A stretch of DNA of 35,407 bases from Candidatus Omnitrophota bacterium (GCA_016177155.1 JACOVU010000029.1:1-35407); one strand, 5' to 3'; shown: positions 8,497 through 17,759, counted from the first letter of the stretch. Program-made: numbers and translations. The notes: generated by a model not told the origin, from the letters alone.

Positions 8497-10061
8497 GACC
8501 TCGCCTCCTTTAAAACGGCTTCGATCAAACCTGGAATGGTAGACACTTTTGCTTCTCGATCCACTTTTGCTCCAAACGCCAGAATGGTCTTCGAAGTAAC
8601 AGGCCCGATTGAGATGACCTTTGCTTCAATATGGCGTCCGTTCTTAAGCGCCTCAAAAAAATGCTGCGCGGTAGACGAGCTTGTGAAGGTGACATAATCA
8701 ATCGGGTATTGACGCACCAATTCCGCCACTCGGTGTTCGAGACCTGCTGGTTTTTCCGTCCGATAAACTGAAATTTCGGTCACTTGAGCGCCTAATTTCT
8801 TGAGTGAACGATTTAGAAAATCGGGTGCAATATTGGTCCTTAAAAGTAAAAACTTCTTTCGAGCGATCTTTAGTCCTTGAAAAGCGCGCACGAGACCTTC
8901 TGTGGTAAATACTTTTGGCACAAGATCTGGCTCGATCGAGAATGCATTCAGCTTTGCTTTTGTTCCTGGTCCCACCGCGGCAATCTTTAAGGAACTCAAA
9001 GTTCGGGTATCTTTCCCAAGTTCGCGAAATCGCTTAAAGAAAGCTTCCACACCATTTTCACTGGTGAATACAAGCCAATAATATTTCCGAATATTTTTAA
9101 CGGCTCGGTCCAAAGAGTGAAAATCGCGAATGGGGCTGACTTCAATGGTAGGAAGTTCCAAGACGCGCGCACCCAGGTTTTCTAATTCATCAGCAAGCTC
9201 GGAAGCTTGTTTTCGTGAACGGGTGACTAAAATCGTTTTTCCAAAAAGAGGTTTTTCCTCTCCGCCAGAATTCGGACGGATCCGTCCTTCGGCGGAAAAC
9301 CAGGCGAGTTTTCGACGCAAACGGTTCACTTCTCCAATTACGGTAATGGCGGGCGCTTGAAGTTTGGCTTCTTCTACTTTTTGAACAATGGTTGCGAGCG
9401 TGCCCGTCACAGTTCTCTGTTCCCCCGTTGTTCCCCACCGAATGACTGAAACGGGAGTTTTCCGTTTTCTTCCGTAACGAATCAACAAATCCACCACTTG
9501 GGGAAGTGCCTTCACCCCCATATAAAGCACGAGTGTTCCCTTGAGTTTCGCAAGGGCGTTCCAATTTAAATCTGAACCTTTTTTCGAAGGATCTTCGTGG
9601 GCTGTAATCAAAGTGACTTCGGAAGCAAGTTTGCGATGCGTCACTGGAATCCCCGCATAAGCAGGTGCTGCGATCCCTGCCGTAATGCCGGGGGAAATTT
9701 CAAAAGGAACTCGGTGGCGGGCGAGCCAAAGCGCTTCTTCTCCTCCTCTGCCAAAGACAAAGGGATCTCCCCCTTTCAAGCGAACGACACGCTTGCCTTC
9801 ACGTGCTAGCTTAACGAGCAAGGATTCAATCGACTTTTGCGGAGTCGAATCGGGATCACCGCCTTTTTTTCCAACATAAATCTGCTCGGCGTGCTCTGCA
9901 TGTCTTAAAATTTTTGGATGAACGAGATAATCATAGACCACCGCATCTGCTTCTTCGAGCACCTCTTTGGCGCGAAGCGTAAGCAGTTTCGGATCACCAG
10001 GGCCTGCGCCCACGATCGAAACAAAACCCTTTTTTTTCTGCAATCTACCTTTTTTCGCCAT
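8493..10061 (-). CDS. cobA: Fused uroporphyrinogen-III C-methyltransferase / uroporphyrinogen-III synthase (CobA-HemD)
   Basis: VGAGPGDP, RLKGGDPFVFGRGGEE; C-terminal HemD with ILVTRS, FTSENGV, VGPGT, FTSSST. Confidence 0.95.
   Translation of the reverse strand: MAKKGRLQKKKGFVSIVGAGPGDPKLLTLRAKEVLEEADAVVYDYLVHPKILRHAEHAEQIYVGKKGGDPDSTPQKSIESLLVKLAREGKRVVRLKGGDPFVFGRGGEEALWLARHRVPFEISPGITAGIAAPAYAGIPVTHRKLASEVTLITAHEDPSKKGSDLNWNALAKLKGTLVLYMGVKALPQVVDLLIRYGRKRKTPVSVIRWGTTGEQRTVTGTLATIVQKVEEAKLQAPAITVIGEVNRLRRKLAWFSAEGRIRPNSGGEEKPLFGKTILVTRSRKQASELADELENLGARVLELPTIEVSPIRDFHSLDRAVKNIRKYYWLVFTSENGVEAFFKRFRELGKDTRTLSSLKIAAVGPGTKAKLNAFSIEPDLVPKVFTTEGLVRAFQGLKIARKKFLLLRTNIAPDFLNRSLKKLGAQVTEISVYRTEKPAGLEHRVAELVRQYPIDYVTFTSSSTAQHFFEALKNGRHIEAKVISIGPVTSKTILAFGAKVDREAKVSTIPGLIEAVLKEARS
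9261..9296. repeat. 36-bp palindromic insert in frame within cobA/hemD
   Basis: tccgcc-agaattc-ggacggatccgtcc-ttc-ggcgga; encodes SAEGRIRPNSGG between WF and EEKPLFGK. Confidence 0.75.
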
Positions 10062-10977
10062 TTCGAATCTCTTGTAAAATTCGAGCTCCGCCCTGTTCTA
10101 AAAGCTTCTCGGCAAGTTCTTTTCCAAGTGCTTCACCTGTTAAAAGAGCGCCTGAAACGGAGCTTCTCACTTCTTGAGTACCCCGCCACGAAAAAATCCC
10201 GCCTTTGACGGTGATCACATCACCAACAACGTTGGTAGCGACTCCCACAGGTAACTGACAACCGCCTTGAAGACGCCTCAAGAAACTTCTCTCGGCCAAA
10301 ATTCTCAAGTAAGAAAGTCTATGATTTAAAGGCGCTACCAGATTCTCGATCTCCGTATCTCCTTTTCGAATCTGGATCGCGAGCGCGCCTTGTCCTGCTT
10401 GGGGCAAACACCTATCTTCATCAAAAATCTCACTCACGTAATCTGAAAGACCGAGACGCTTGAGCCCTGCAAAAGCAAGGACCATTCCGTCCAATTCCCC
10501 GCCCTCGATTTTGCGAAGGCGCGTATCCACATTTCCGCGCATTTCGCACAAAACAAGGTCAGACCTCATCCGCTTCAGCTGTGCGATTCGACGAAGCGAG
10601 CTCGTTCCAATTTGAGCGCCTTGAGAAAGTTCGCTCAGCTTTTTCCTTCCGCGTGAAACAAGACAATCTCTCGGATCTTCACGCTCTAAAACTGCTCCCA
10701 ATTGCAAACCCTTCGGCAGTTCCGTTGCCAGATCCTTTGCGCTATGAACCGCTAAATCCACATCCCTTTGAAGAAGTGTCTGTTCAATCTCACGGGTAAA
10801 AATACCCGGCCCGAGTTCGCCAAAACGAGCGTGTTTTACTTGATCGCCCGTCGTCCGAATCTTCACCAATTCAAATTCAAGGGAGGGAAAGAGCAACTTA
10901 AGTTTCGCTTGGACCAACCCAGTTTGATAAAGTGCAAGCTTACTTCCGCGCGTTCCAATCCTAATGAGGGAGCGCAT
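10045..10977 (-). CDS. hemC: Hydroxymethylbilane synthase (porphobilinogen deaminase)
   Basis: IGTRGSKLAL, AVHSAKD, GTSSLRR, RGNVDTRL, LQGGCQLP. Confidence 0.97.
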   Translation of the reverse strand: MRSLIRIGTRGSKLALYQTGLVQAKLKLLFPSLEFELVKIRTTGDQVKHARFGELGPGIFTREIEQTLLQRDVDLAVHSAKDLATELPKGLQLGAVLEREDPRDCLVSRGRKKLSELSQGAQIGTSSLRRIAQLKRMRSDLVLCEMRGNVDTRLRKIEGGELDGMVLAFAGLKRLGLSDYVSEIFDEDRCLPQAGQGALAIQIRKGDTEIENLVAPLNHRLSYLRILAERSFLRRLQGGCQLPVGVATNVVGDVITVKGGIFSWRGTQEVRSSVSGALLTGEALGKELAEKLLEQGGARILQEIRNGEKR

Positions 10978-12265
10978 CCTGTGCCGAAGATTCCTTCTCT
11001 TTCGTCTGAGAGGGTTTTCGTTCCTCCAAACGAAAGAGTGAATGAAGGGTTTCTAAATAACGTTCCATACCGCCAACTTTTGCAGATTCTTTCAATTTCT
11101 CGACGGGCGTATGGAGGAGACTCGCTTTAATTTTTTGAACCAAGCTCTTCAGCTCTTTTTCCCTACCTTTGAATTTAGGGGCTACTTTGGTTACCTCGGT
11201 TTCAACAATTTCATCAAAGTAAGCCGTTAATCTTTGAATCACTGGCCCAGCCTCCAAAAATTCATACCATTGGTCGAAGGATTCAAGCTCTCTTTCAATC
11301 ATGACCTCGCATTTGGAGATTTCTTTCTTCCTGAGCCTCAAGTTGGATTCGGAAACCGTTTTCAGATCGTCGATATCGTAAAGGTAAACGTCGTCGATCT
11401 CACCCACGCGGGATTCAACATCTCTCGGAACAGCAATATCAATAAAGAAAAGTGGCTTGTGGCGGCGTTCATTCATGACTGCTTTCACATCTTCATACTT
11501 GACAATCGCGTGAGGTGCGGCTGTTGAGGAAATCACGATATCGCTCGTCCGAATGGCTCTCAGCCAAGCATCAAATCCAATCGGTTTTGCCCCGTACCTC
11601 TGAGAAAGTTCGAGGGCGCGTTCATAAGTGCGGCTTGCCACCGTAATCTCGCCCGCGCCTGCTTTCACCAAATGTTTCATGGTCAGCTCGCTCATCTTTC
11701 CTGTTCCAAGAATCAAGACGCGTTCGCCTGTCAATTTTCCAAAAATTTTTTCAGCTAGTTCGACCGCGATGGAAGAAACGCTCACCGCCCCCTTACTAAT
11801 CTTCGTTTCCGTGCGAACTTTTTTACCGACGCGGAGTGCTCGTTCCACCAACTGGTATAGAATGGAATCGAGTGACTTCAGTTCATTGGCCATTTTGAAT
11901 GCATTGCGCACTTGCCCATAAATTTCATTTTCACCCACCACCAGTGAATCAAGCCCGCTCGCCACACGGAATAAGTGTCGCGCCGCCTCCCGTCCATGCA
12001 ATTGATAAAGATACTGACGGTAGGTACAACCCTCCAAACCATGGAAATCACTTAGGAAATGAATGAGGCTTTCCTCTACGCCCGAAAAACCCCGCCCATA
12101 AAGTTCAACCCGGTTGCAAGTAGACAAAACAAACCACTCGCGAAGACCTTCGAGGTCGCCCATCTTGACCAAGGCATCCGACAGTGCAGATTCCGAAAAG
12201 GCAATTTTCTCACGTATCTCTACAGGACAACTTTTGTGATTAAGACCCACACACACTAAATCCAT
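10961..12265 (-). CDS. hemA: Glutamyl-tRNA reductase
   Basis: GLNHK, LSTCNRVE, VASGLDSLVVGENEIYGQ, DIAVPRD. Confidence 0.97.
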   Translation of the reverse strand: MDLVCVGLNHKSCPVEIREKIAFSESALSDALVKMGDLEGLREWFVLSTCNRVELYGRGFSGVEESLIHFLSDFHGLEGCTYRQYLYQLHGREAARHLFRVASGLDSLVVGENEIYGQVRNAFKMANELKSLDSILYQLVERALRVGKKVRTETKISKGAVSVSSIAVELAEKIFGKLTGERVLILGTGKMSELTMKHLVKAGAGEITVASRTYERALELSQRYGAKPIGFDAWLRAIRTSDIVISSTAAPHAIVKYEDVKAVMNERRHKPLFFIDIAVPRDVESRVGEIDDVYLYDIDDLKTVSESNLRLRKKEISKCEVMIERELESFDQWYEFLEAGPVIQRLTAYFDEIVETEVTKVAPKFKGREKELKSLVQKIKASLLHTPVEKLKESAKVGGMERYLETLHSLFRLEERKPSQTKEKESSAQDALPH

Positions 12266-12268
12266 AAA

Positions 12269-13114
12269 TCAGCGCACTCCCGCATGAAGACCCGTATGAA
12301 ATAAACTCGTACCCAAAAAGGTAAAAAGGACCAAAACAAAAGCACCCAGGGACATCAACACAATACGTTTTCCTTTGATTTGAAGAACCTCGTGCAAATA
12401 AATGATGACAAGATAAACTGCCCAGGTCAAGAAACTTGCAAAAGACTTGGGCTCTTTTAAGATAAAACTTCCGAAAGCCGTTTTAGCCCAAAGTGCTCCG
12501 CTCAAGATGGCAAATCCCAATAAAATGACACCCCATTGAATGGTTCGGAACGCAAGCCGCTCCAAATCTTCGAGTGGGGGAAGTCGATGATAAAAGGTGC
12601 TCGAAGTTTTCTCTTTCAACGCTCGATTCAACACCAAATAAAAGAGAGCGGCAATAAAGGAAAGCGCAAAACTTGCATATCCAAAAAAGGCGGAAAGAAT
12701 GTGGATCAAGAAATAGCCGTCGTGGAAATGCTTAAAAAGCTCTTCATTGGGATGAAAAGGAAAAAAGACGGGGATTAAAAACAGAATCAGGACAGGCGTT
12801 AAAATCACGCCGAAGGTTTCCGTGCGCATTTGCCTGAGAAGAATCAGATAAACGAACGCAAGCGACCAAGCAAAAAACCCGGACGCCTCTCCCAGGGTGG
12901 TGACGGGCAGGTGAAATTCATTTGTCACGGACCGCGAGACTGAGAACGTCTCAGCGAAAATCAGAAGCGTATGAATCAAAAATCCAAGCTCGACAAAGCG
13001 CGCTGCCCAAATCACTCGCTTCTCGATAACGTTCAAAAACTCACTGGCAAAAAGAATAAACGCAATCGCATACGCACCGATCGCAAACAAGAGTAACCAA
13101 TAAACAAGATTCAT
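12269..13114 (-). CDS. ccsA: Cytochrome c assembly family membrane protein (CcsA/HemX-like)
   Basis: Multiple hydrophobic segments, conserved His (LIHIL), SGALWA...EPK motif; directly upstream of hemA. Confidence 0.8.
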   Translation of the reverse strand: MNLVYWLLLFAIGAYAIAFILFASEFLNVIEKRVIWAARFVELGFLIHTLLIFAETFSVSRSVTNEFHLPVTTLGEASGFFAWSLAFVYLILLRQMRTETFGVILTPVLILFLIPVFFPFHPNEELFKHFHDGYFLIHILSAFFGYASFALSFIAALFYLVLNRALKEKTSSTFYHRLPPLEDLERLAFRTIQWGVILLGFAILSGALWAKTAFGSFILKEPKSFASFLTWAVYLVIIYLHEVLQIKGKRIVLMSLGAFVLVLFTFLGTSLFHTGLHAGVR

Positions 13115-13116
13115 TT

Positions 13117-13698
13117 CTATTTCCCCGTTTCAAGCAATTTAAATTCTGATGCCACTACTTTTTTAAAATGATTGCGGCGCGCCTCGGGAGCGTTTAAGGA
13201 TTGTTTGGTCTTCATGCGATCCTTGGACAATTTTTGTACCAAAGCAGAATATTTTGAACCAAATTCCTTTTCTAGTTTTTTCCGAAGCGTCTTGGCCAAA
13301 AGAGGACTTGCCCCTCCTGTTGAAATCGCGATTTGAAGTTTCCCGCGCTGAATGATCGACGGCACAATAAAAGTCGAATGCGTTGGATCATCTACCACAT
13401 TCACAAAAATCCCTTTTTTCTCGCACCATTCAAAAATAGTTCGGTTGAGCGCCTCATCTGAAGTTGCTGCCACCACAAGCTCAGGATTTTCTCCTTGCGG
13501 GATCTGAGATCCAAACCGAATATCGATTTTATTCGCCCGAGCAAACCGCTTAAAAGCCTTTGAACAATCATGGCTGATCACCAAAAGTTTTGCCCCTGCT
13601 TTGATCAGCGTCCGCGCCTTCCGAAGAGCCACGCCACCTCCTCCGAAAAGGAGCACTTTCTTTCCCTGAAGTTTAAGAAAAGCAGGATAGTATTTCAT
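13117..13698 (-). CDS. Precorrin-2 dehydrogenase / sirohydrochlorin ferrochelatase (SirC/Met8/CysG N-terminal family)
   Basis: MKYYPAFL, GGGGVALRK, VNVVDDP...FIVPS, AISTGGASP. True start is ATG 13698; the ORF extension to 13755 is repeat sequence. Confidence 0.93.
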   Translation of the reverse strand: MKYYPAFLKLQGKKVLLFGGGGVALRKARTLIKAGAKLLVISHDCSKAFKRFARANKIDIRFGSQIPQGENPELVVAATSDEALNRTIFEWCEKKGIFVNVVDDPTHSTFIVPSIIQRGKLQIAISTGGASPLLAKTLRKKLEKEFGSKYSALVQKLSKDRMKTKQSLNAPEARRNHFKKVVASEFKLLETGK

Positions 13699-13808
13699 CC
13701 CCCACCACTTTCCAAAAATAAATCTGACAGCAATGCCGTCGTTATTGATGGACAATAAACATTATATTCGTAGTTCAATGCGTAGTATAAAAAGTGGTGG
13801 GGGATCAT
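13695..13808 (-). repeat. CCACCAC-family stop-to-start inverted-repeat element, copy 1
   Basis: Minus strand: ATGA TCCCCCACCACTTT - 79 nt - AAAGTGGTGGGGG ATGA. Confidence 0.92.
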
Positions 13809-15226
13809 ATAAATTTAAGACGGTTCCTCTCTAAGAATTCCTCAAACTCATTTTCCAACGTGAACTTTGGAATCACCCGCAACCCGCTCAACTCTTCCGC
13901 CGCTTCGATCGTTTCCTGATCCACAGGATCAACCATGGCAAGCTCCAGTGCATCATCTTTGATCGTGATCGGAACAACCCGATGATCGCGCACAAACTCC
14001 TCAGTTAAAATGCGGGCGAGGTCTTCGGTTAAAATATGGTTCTTAAGGCTCACATAACCCACTGAGAATTTCGACTCAAGCAGCTTCCCGACTTCACTGC
14101 TCGAAACCGCATTCATCCGAATCAGAACTTGACCGATTCTCTCCCCGGTTTCGACATGACGTTTGACTGCTTGATTGAGTTCTATTTCCGTAATGAGCCC
14201 TGCATCAAGCAACAACTGCCCAAGCGGTTTTGAGGTATCGCGCTTCTCATCGCTGGGTGAAAGCACTTCCAGGGACTCTTGAAGCGAGCTCAAGGGCATT
14301 TCTCGTCGATCGCGAAGATAATGACTTCCAGGTTGCGTCTTAAGATAAGCTTTCACTTCTGCGGCGTCACGAGCAACCTCCGCCATGCTGCGGTACGGCC
14401 GGTACAGATTCGTTACCGCTGCGATCGAAAGACTCATCAAAGGAAAAGAAACAGGAACACCGCTCCTGTTTTTCACGAGGACGGATTTACGTTTTCGGTC
14501 TGCATCCTCATAATGCGTCGGAATAATTCGGTCAAACTCTTGAAGGCAAAGTTGGGCAAAACGAGTTTCGTGATCCGTATCCGTCACCACTACAAAATCA
14601 TCACCTCCAATGTGGCCGAAAAAACTATTCCGATCCGCTTCGCTCAATTCAAGACATCTTGCAATCAATTGAGCCGTATGCCGAATCACTTGATCTCCCC
14701 GTTCAAATCCATATCGATCATTAAAAGATTTAAAGTGGTTGATATCCATATAACAAACCGAGAAAAGTTCACTTCGATCAATGCGTTTTCGAATGTTTTC
14801 TTCAATCGCAATACTACCGGGCAGGTTGGTAAGCGGATTCGCCTGAAGCCGTTCGCGGGCGCGGGTGAGATTGAGTTCAATCCGGAGTTGGAGCGAAAAG
14901 GCATCAAAGGGTTTAATCAAAAAATCGTCAAACCCGCGGTCGCGGCTCAAAACGAGCTCTCTGACTTCATTCTCCTCGGCCAACAACATAATCGGAACGC
15001 CCAGGCCGGTAATGCTCTGCTTCATTTTTTTGGCGAGGTTCACCCCATCCACCTCTTCCATCGTCGTACCCATTAAGACGAGATCGAAGCGAACCTTTTG
15101 AACCAAGCGAATCGCCTCATCGCTATGGGTGGCAATAAATACATCATAATTTCGAGCCAGAAGTCTCGCCTCTAGAAGAGCGAGCGTATCTGAATCTTTC
15201 TCTGCAATTAAAATTTTGTAACTCAT
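13805..15226 (-). CDS. Atypical REC - GGDEF - MshEN/T2SSE_N fusion (putative diguanylate cyclase)
   Basis: REC-like N-terminus; NPLTNLPG, DINHFKSFNDRYG, GHIGGDDF; C-terminal PLGQLLLDAGLIT...ERIGQVLI and LAMVDP. Confidence 0.88.
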   Translation of the reverse strand: MSYKILIAEKDSDTLALLEARLLARNYDVFIATHSDEAIRLVQKVRFDLVLMGTTMEEVDGVNLAKKMKQSITGLGVPIMLLAEENEVRELVLSRDRGFDDFLIKPFDAFSLQLRIELNLTRARERLQANPLTNLPGSIAIEENIRKRIDRSELFSVCYMDINHFKSFNDRYGFERGDQVIRHTAQLIARCLELSEADRNSFFGHIGGDDFVVVTDTDHETRFAQLCLQEFDRIIPTHYEDADRKRKSVLVKNRSGVPVSFPLMSLSIAAVTNLYRPYRSMAEVARDAAEVKAYLKTQPGSHYLRDRREMPLSSLQESLEVLSPSDEKRDTSKPLGQLLLDAGLITEIELNQAVKRHVETGERIGQVLIRMNAVSSSEVGKLLESKFSVGYVSLKNHILTEDLARILTEEFVRDHRVVPITIKDDALELAMVDPVDQETIEAAEELSGLRVIPKFTLENEFEEFLERNRLKFI

Positions 15227-15307
15227 CCCCCACCACTTTTCCTGATTAACTTTTCCAATCTAATCTTAGATCCGCTCACCAAATTGCAAAAAGTGGTGGG
15301 GGATCAT
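15223..15307 (-). repeat. CCACCAC-family stop-to-start inverted-repeat element, copy 2
   Basis: Minus strand: ATGA TCCCCCACCACTTT - 50 nt - AAAGTGGTGGGGG ATGA. Confidence 0.92.
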
Positions 15308-16101
15308 CCCTTAAAACTCTCCTTCGATGAAGGAAAATGCTTTGAAAGTACATCTTTGCGATACTCGAGGACAGCTTTCCGAACAGCTTCACTCAAGTAA
15401 GCATATTGCCTGACAAACCGCGGTTTCACTTGAGATTCAAAACCAAGCATGTCATGAAGAACCAGGACTTGACCGTCTGTACTTGGCCCAGCTCCAATCC
15501 CGATCGTTGGAATCCTGAGTCCTTTCGTAATCCGCTTCGCCAGTGAATTTGGAACACATTCTAAGACAATCGAAAAAACACCCGCTCGCTCAAGCATCTT
15601 TGCGTCTTCGAAAATCCGCTCTGCTTCTTCTTCGGTCTTTCCCTGCACTTTATAGCCGCCGAGTTCGCGGACCGACTGTGGAAGCATGCCTAAATGCCCC
15701 ATCACGGGGACTCCAGCGCGAAGAATCGCCTGTACTTGCTTTAAAACTTTCTTGCCGCCTTCTAATTTCACTGCCTGAGCGCCCGCTTTTTTAAATTGCT
15801 TGGCGTTTGCCACTGCTACTTTCACATTGGAATAAGACCGGTACGGCATATCAACGACCAGAAAAGAACGGTGAACCGCACGGCGTGCTGCCTTCAAATG
15901 ATGGAGCATCTCTTCCATCGTAACGGGAAGTGTAGTCTCATAACCTAAAACTACCATCCCGAGCGAATCCCCAACGAGAACAATATCCACTCCCGCTTCG
16001 TCAACAATCTTGGCAAAGGGAAAATCATAGGCAGTTAAAACTGTGATTTTCCGCCGCTTTCTTTTCAAACCTATGATATTCCGAACGGTCATCCGATCCA
16101 T
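15304..16101 (-). CDS. panB: 3-methyl-2-oxobutanoate hydroxymethyltransferase
   Basis: LTAYD, LVGDSLGMV, AVKLEGG, MGHLG, TIGIGAG...DGQVLVLHDMLG. Confidence 0.97.
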   Translation of the reverse strand: MDRMTVRNIIGLKRKRRKITVLTAYDFPFAKIVDEAGVDIVLVGDSLGMVVLGYETTLPVTMEEMLHHLKAARRAVHRSFLVVDMPYRSYSNVKVAVANAKQFKKAGAQAVKLEGGKKVLKQVQAILRAGVPVMGHLGMLPQSVRELGGYKVQGKTEEEAERIFEDAKMLERAGVFSIVLECVPNSLAKRITKGLRIPTIGIGAGPSTDGQVLVLHDMLGFESQVKPRFVRQYAYLSEAVRKAVLEYRKDVLSKHFPSSKESFKG

Positions 16102-16136
16102 GACAGATTTCTGAAGAAACGCTTGAGGTCTCGATC

Positions 16137-17000
16137 CTACTTCTTGAGCTGGAGCGAAATGGCTTGAGCCAAATTTTCCATTAGGGTCATCGTTGTAAGC
16201 GGCCCAACGCCGCCGGGAACAGGGGTAATAAAAGCAGCCCGTTTTTTCGCCGTTTCAAAATCCACATCGCCCACCGTTTTTCCGCTCACCCGGTTAATGC
16301 CTACATCAATCACAATCGCCCCTTCTTTAATCCACGCTCCCGGAATCAGGGCAGGCTTCCCCGCCGATACCACAAGTACATCGGCGCGGCGCACATGGGA
16401 TTCGAGCATTCCTGATTTAAATGTTCCCGTGTGGCAAATGGTGCTCGTAATTTTCTTTCCGATCATGAGCAGGAATGCGGGAAGTCCCACAATTTTACTT
16501 GAACCGATGACAACCCCTTCTTTTCCAAAGAGATCAATTCCCGTTTCCTCAATAAGCCGAATGCACGAGCGAGCCGTGCACGGAGCGAGCCCTTCTTTGT
16601 GAATCACTAATTTCCCGAGGTTGCTCGTAGTCATCGCTTCCACATCTTTATCGGGATGAATCGCATCCAGCACTCGATCCACTTGAAAGGTCTTGGGAAG
16701 AGGCATTTGAACGATAATTCCATGAACTTTCGGATCGCGATTGGCGCGCTCAATTTCCCCAATGAGATCCGCCTCGCTTGCGGTCGAATCCAAGGTGGTG
16801 GTCTCGTGTTTAATCCCGACGGATTCTGCCGCGCGCCTTTGAGATTTTAAATAAAGTTCTGAGGCAGGATCTTCGCCTAACTCGATGGCGCGTAAGGTGG
16901 GCGGCATCATGAGTTGCTTTGCGTACTCCTTGATCTCACGCTCAACTTGAGTTCTGAGCTTTTCAGCGACTTTTTTACCTTCCAGGAGTTGTGCTTCCAT
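16137..17000 (-). CDS. folD: Bifunctional methylenetetrahydrofolate dehydrogenase/cyclohydrolase
   Basis: GIIVQMPLP, PDKDVE, PCT, VIDVGINR, ITPVPGGVGPLT. Start is ATG 17000 (after GGAG) or ATG 17012. Confidence 0.95.
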   Translation of the reverse strand: MEAQLLEGKKVAEKLRTQVEREIKEYAKQLMMPPTLRAIELGEDPASELYLKSQRRAAESVGIKHETTTLDSTASEADLIGEIERANRDPKVHGIIVQMPLPKTFQVDRVLDAIHPDKDVEAMTTSNLGKLVIHKEGLAPCTARSCIRLIEETGIDLFGKEGVVIGSSKIVGLPAFLLMIGKKITSTICHTGTFKSGMLESHVRRADVLVVSAGKPALIPGAWIKEGAIVIDVGINRVSGKTVGDVDFETAKKRAAFITPVPGGVGPLTTMTLMENLAQAISLQLKK

Positions 17001-17016
17001 TATCTGCTCCATCGCC

Positions 17017-17607
17017 TCATTCGAATTTAGCTTTCAAGTGCTTTTCTCTTAACTTAGCGAGCGCGCCTTCGCAATGCGCGCGTTCTTTTTCATCCTTCAT
17101 GTACATAACGTTAATATTGGCAGTCGCAAGAGCGCCTTGAAAGGCCCCGTCGAGAAGCCCGCTTGCTACAACCAGATCATTTCGAATAGAACCCTTGGTG
17201 TAGGAATTGATACTGCTCAAAAATTCTTTTGCCATGACAATGAGCATCGCAAGATCGGCTTGGAGACGAAACGAATTCTTAAGTGCCGTCTCTACCTTTT
17301 GCTGGGCCTTCGCAGGATCTGAAATCTTCTTCGCTTCCGAATAGGATGTCATGACTTCCTGATAAATTTTTGGGTCTAGATCAATGACGTCAGCGGCATT
17401 TTGCTGCATTCGCTCTAGGGTCTTGACAATTTTACTTAGGCTTTCCTTCTTTTCGCCTTCCTGTCTTTTTAAAGAGATTCGCGCAACCATTAACATCAAA
17501 CTGATTCCCAAGGCGGCTGCTAAAGCGGACGTTCCTCCCCCGCCCGGGACAGGTTCTGGACTTGAGAGCTTCTTGAGATACTCCTTGATGGAAGATTCCA
17601 GATACAT
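17017..17607 (-). CDS. Cyclodeaminase/cyclohydrolase family protein (FTCD_C, FchA-like)
   Basis: LSSPEPVPGGGGTSAL, D..VAS...GA...ANINV; adjacent to folD. Confidence 0.85.
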   Translation of the reverse strand: MYLESSIKEYLKKLSSPEPVPGGGGTSALAAALGISLMLMVARISLKRQEGEKKESLSKIVKTLERMQQNAADVIDLDPKIYQEVMTSYSEAKKISDPAKAQQKVETALKNSFRLQADLAMLIVMAKEFLSSINSYTKGSIRNDLVVASGLLDGAFQGALATANINVMYMKDEKERAHCEGALAKLREKHLKAKFE

Positions 17608-17661
17608 GGTTTAATCCTTCGGGGTGAGCCTTCACTCTAAACGCTTGATTTTAAAGAAGAT

Positions 17662-17690
17662 AGTCTAAAGGAGATGTGCACGAGTGTCAA
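17662..17690 (-). promoter_or_regulatory. Sigma70-type promoter upstream of the cyclohydrolase-folD-panB genes
   Basis: TTGACA - 17 nt - TAGACT on the minus strand. Confidence 0.7.
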
Positions 17691-17759
17691 GAAAACTGTC
17701 CGACAAAAAACGTACTCTTTTTCTTAACCCGAGGCAGAATCAAATGTTAAATCGTAAGT

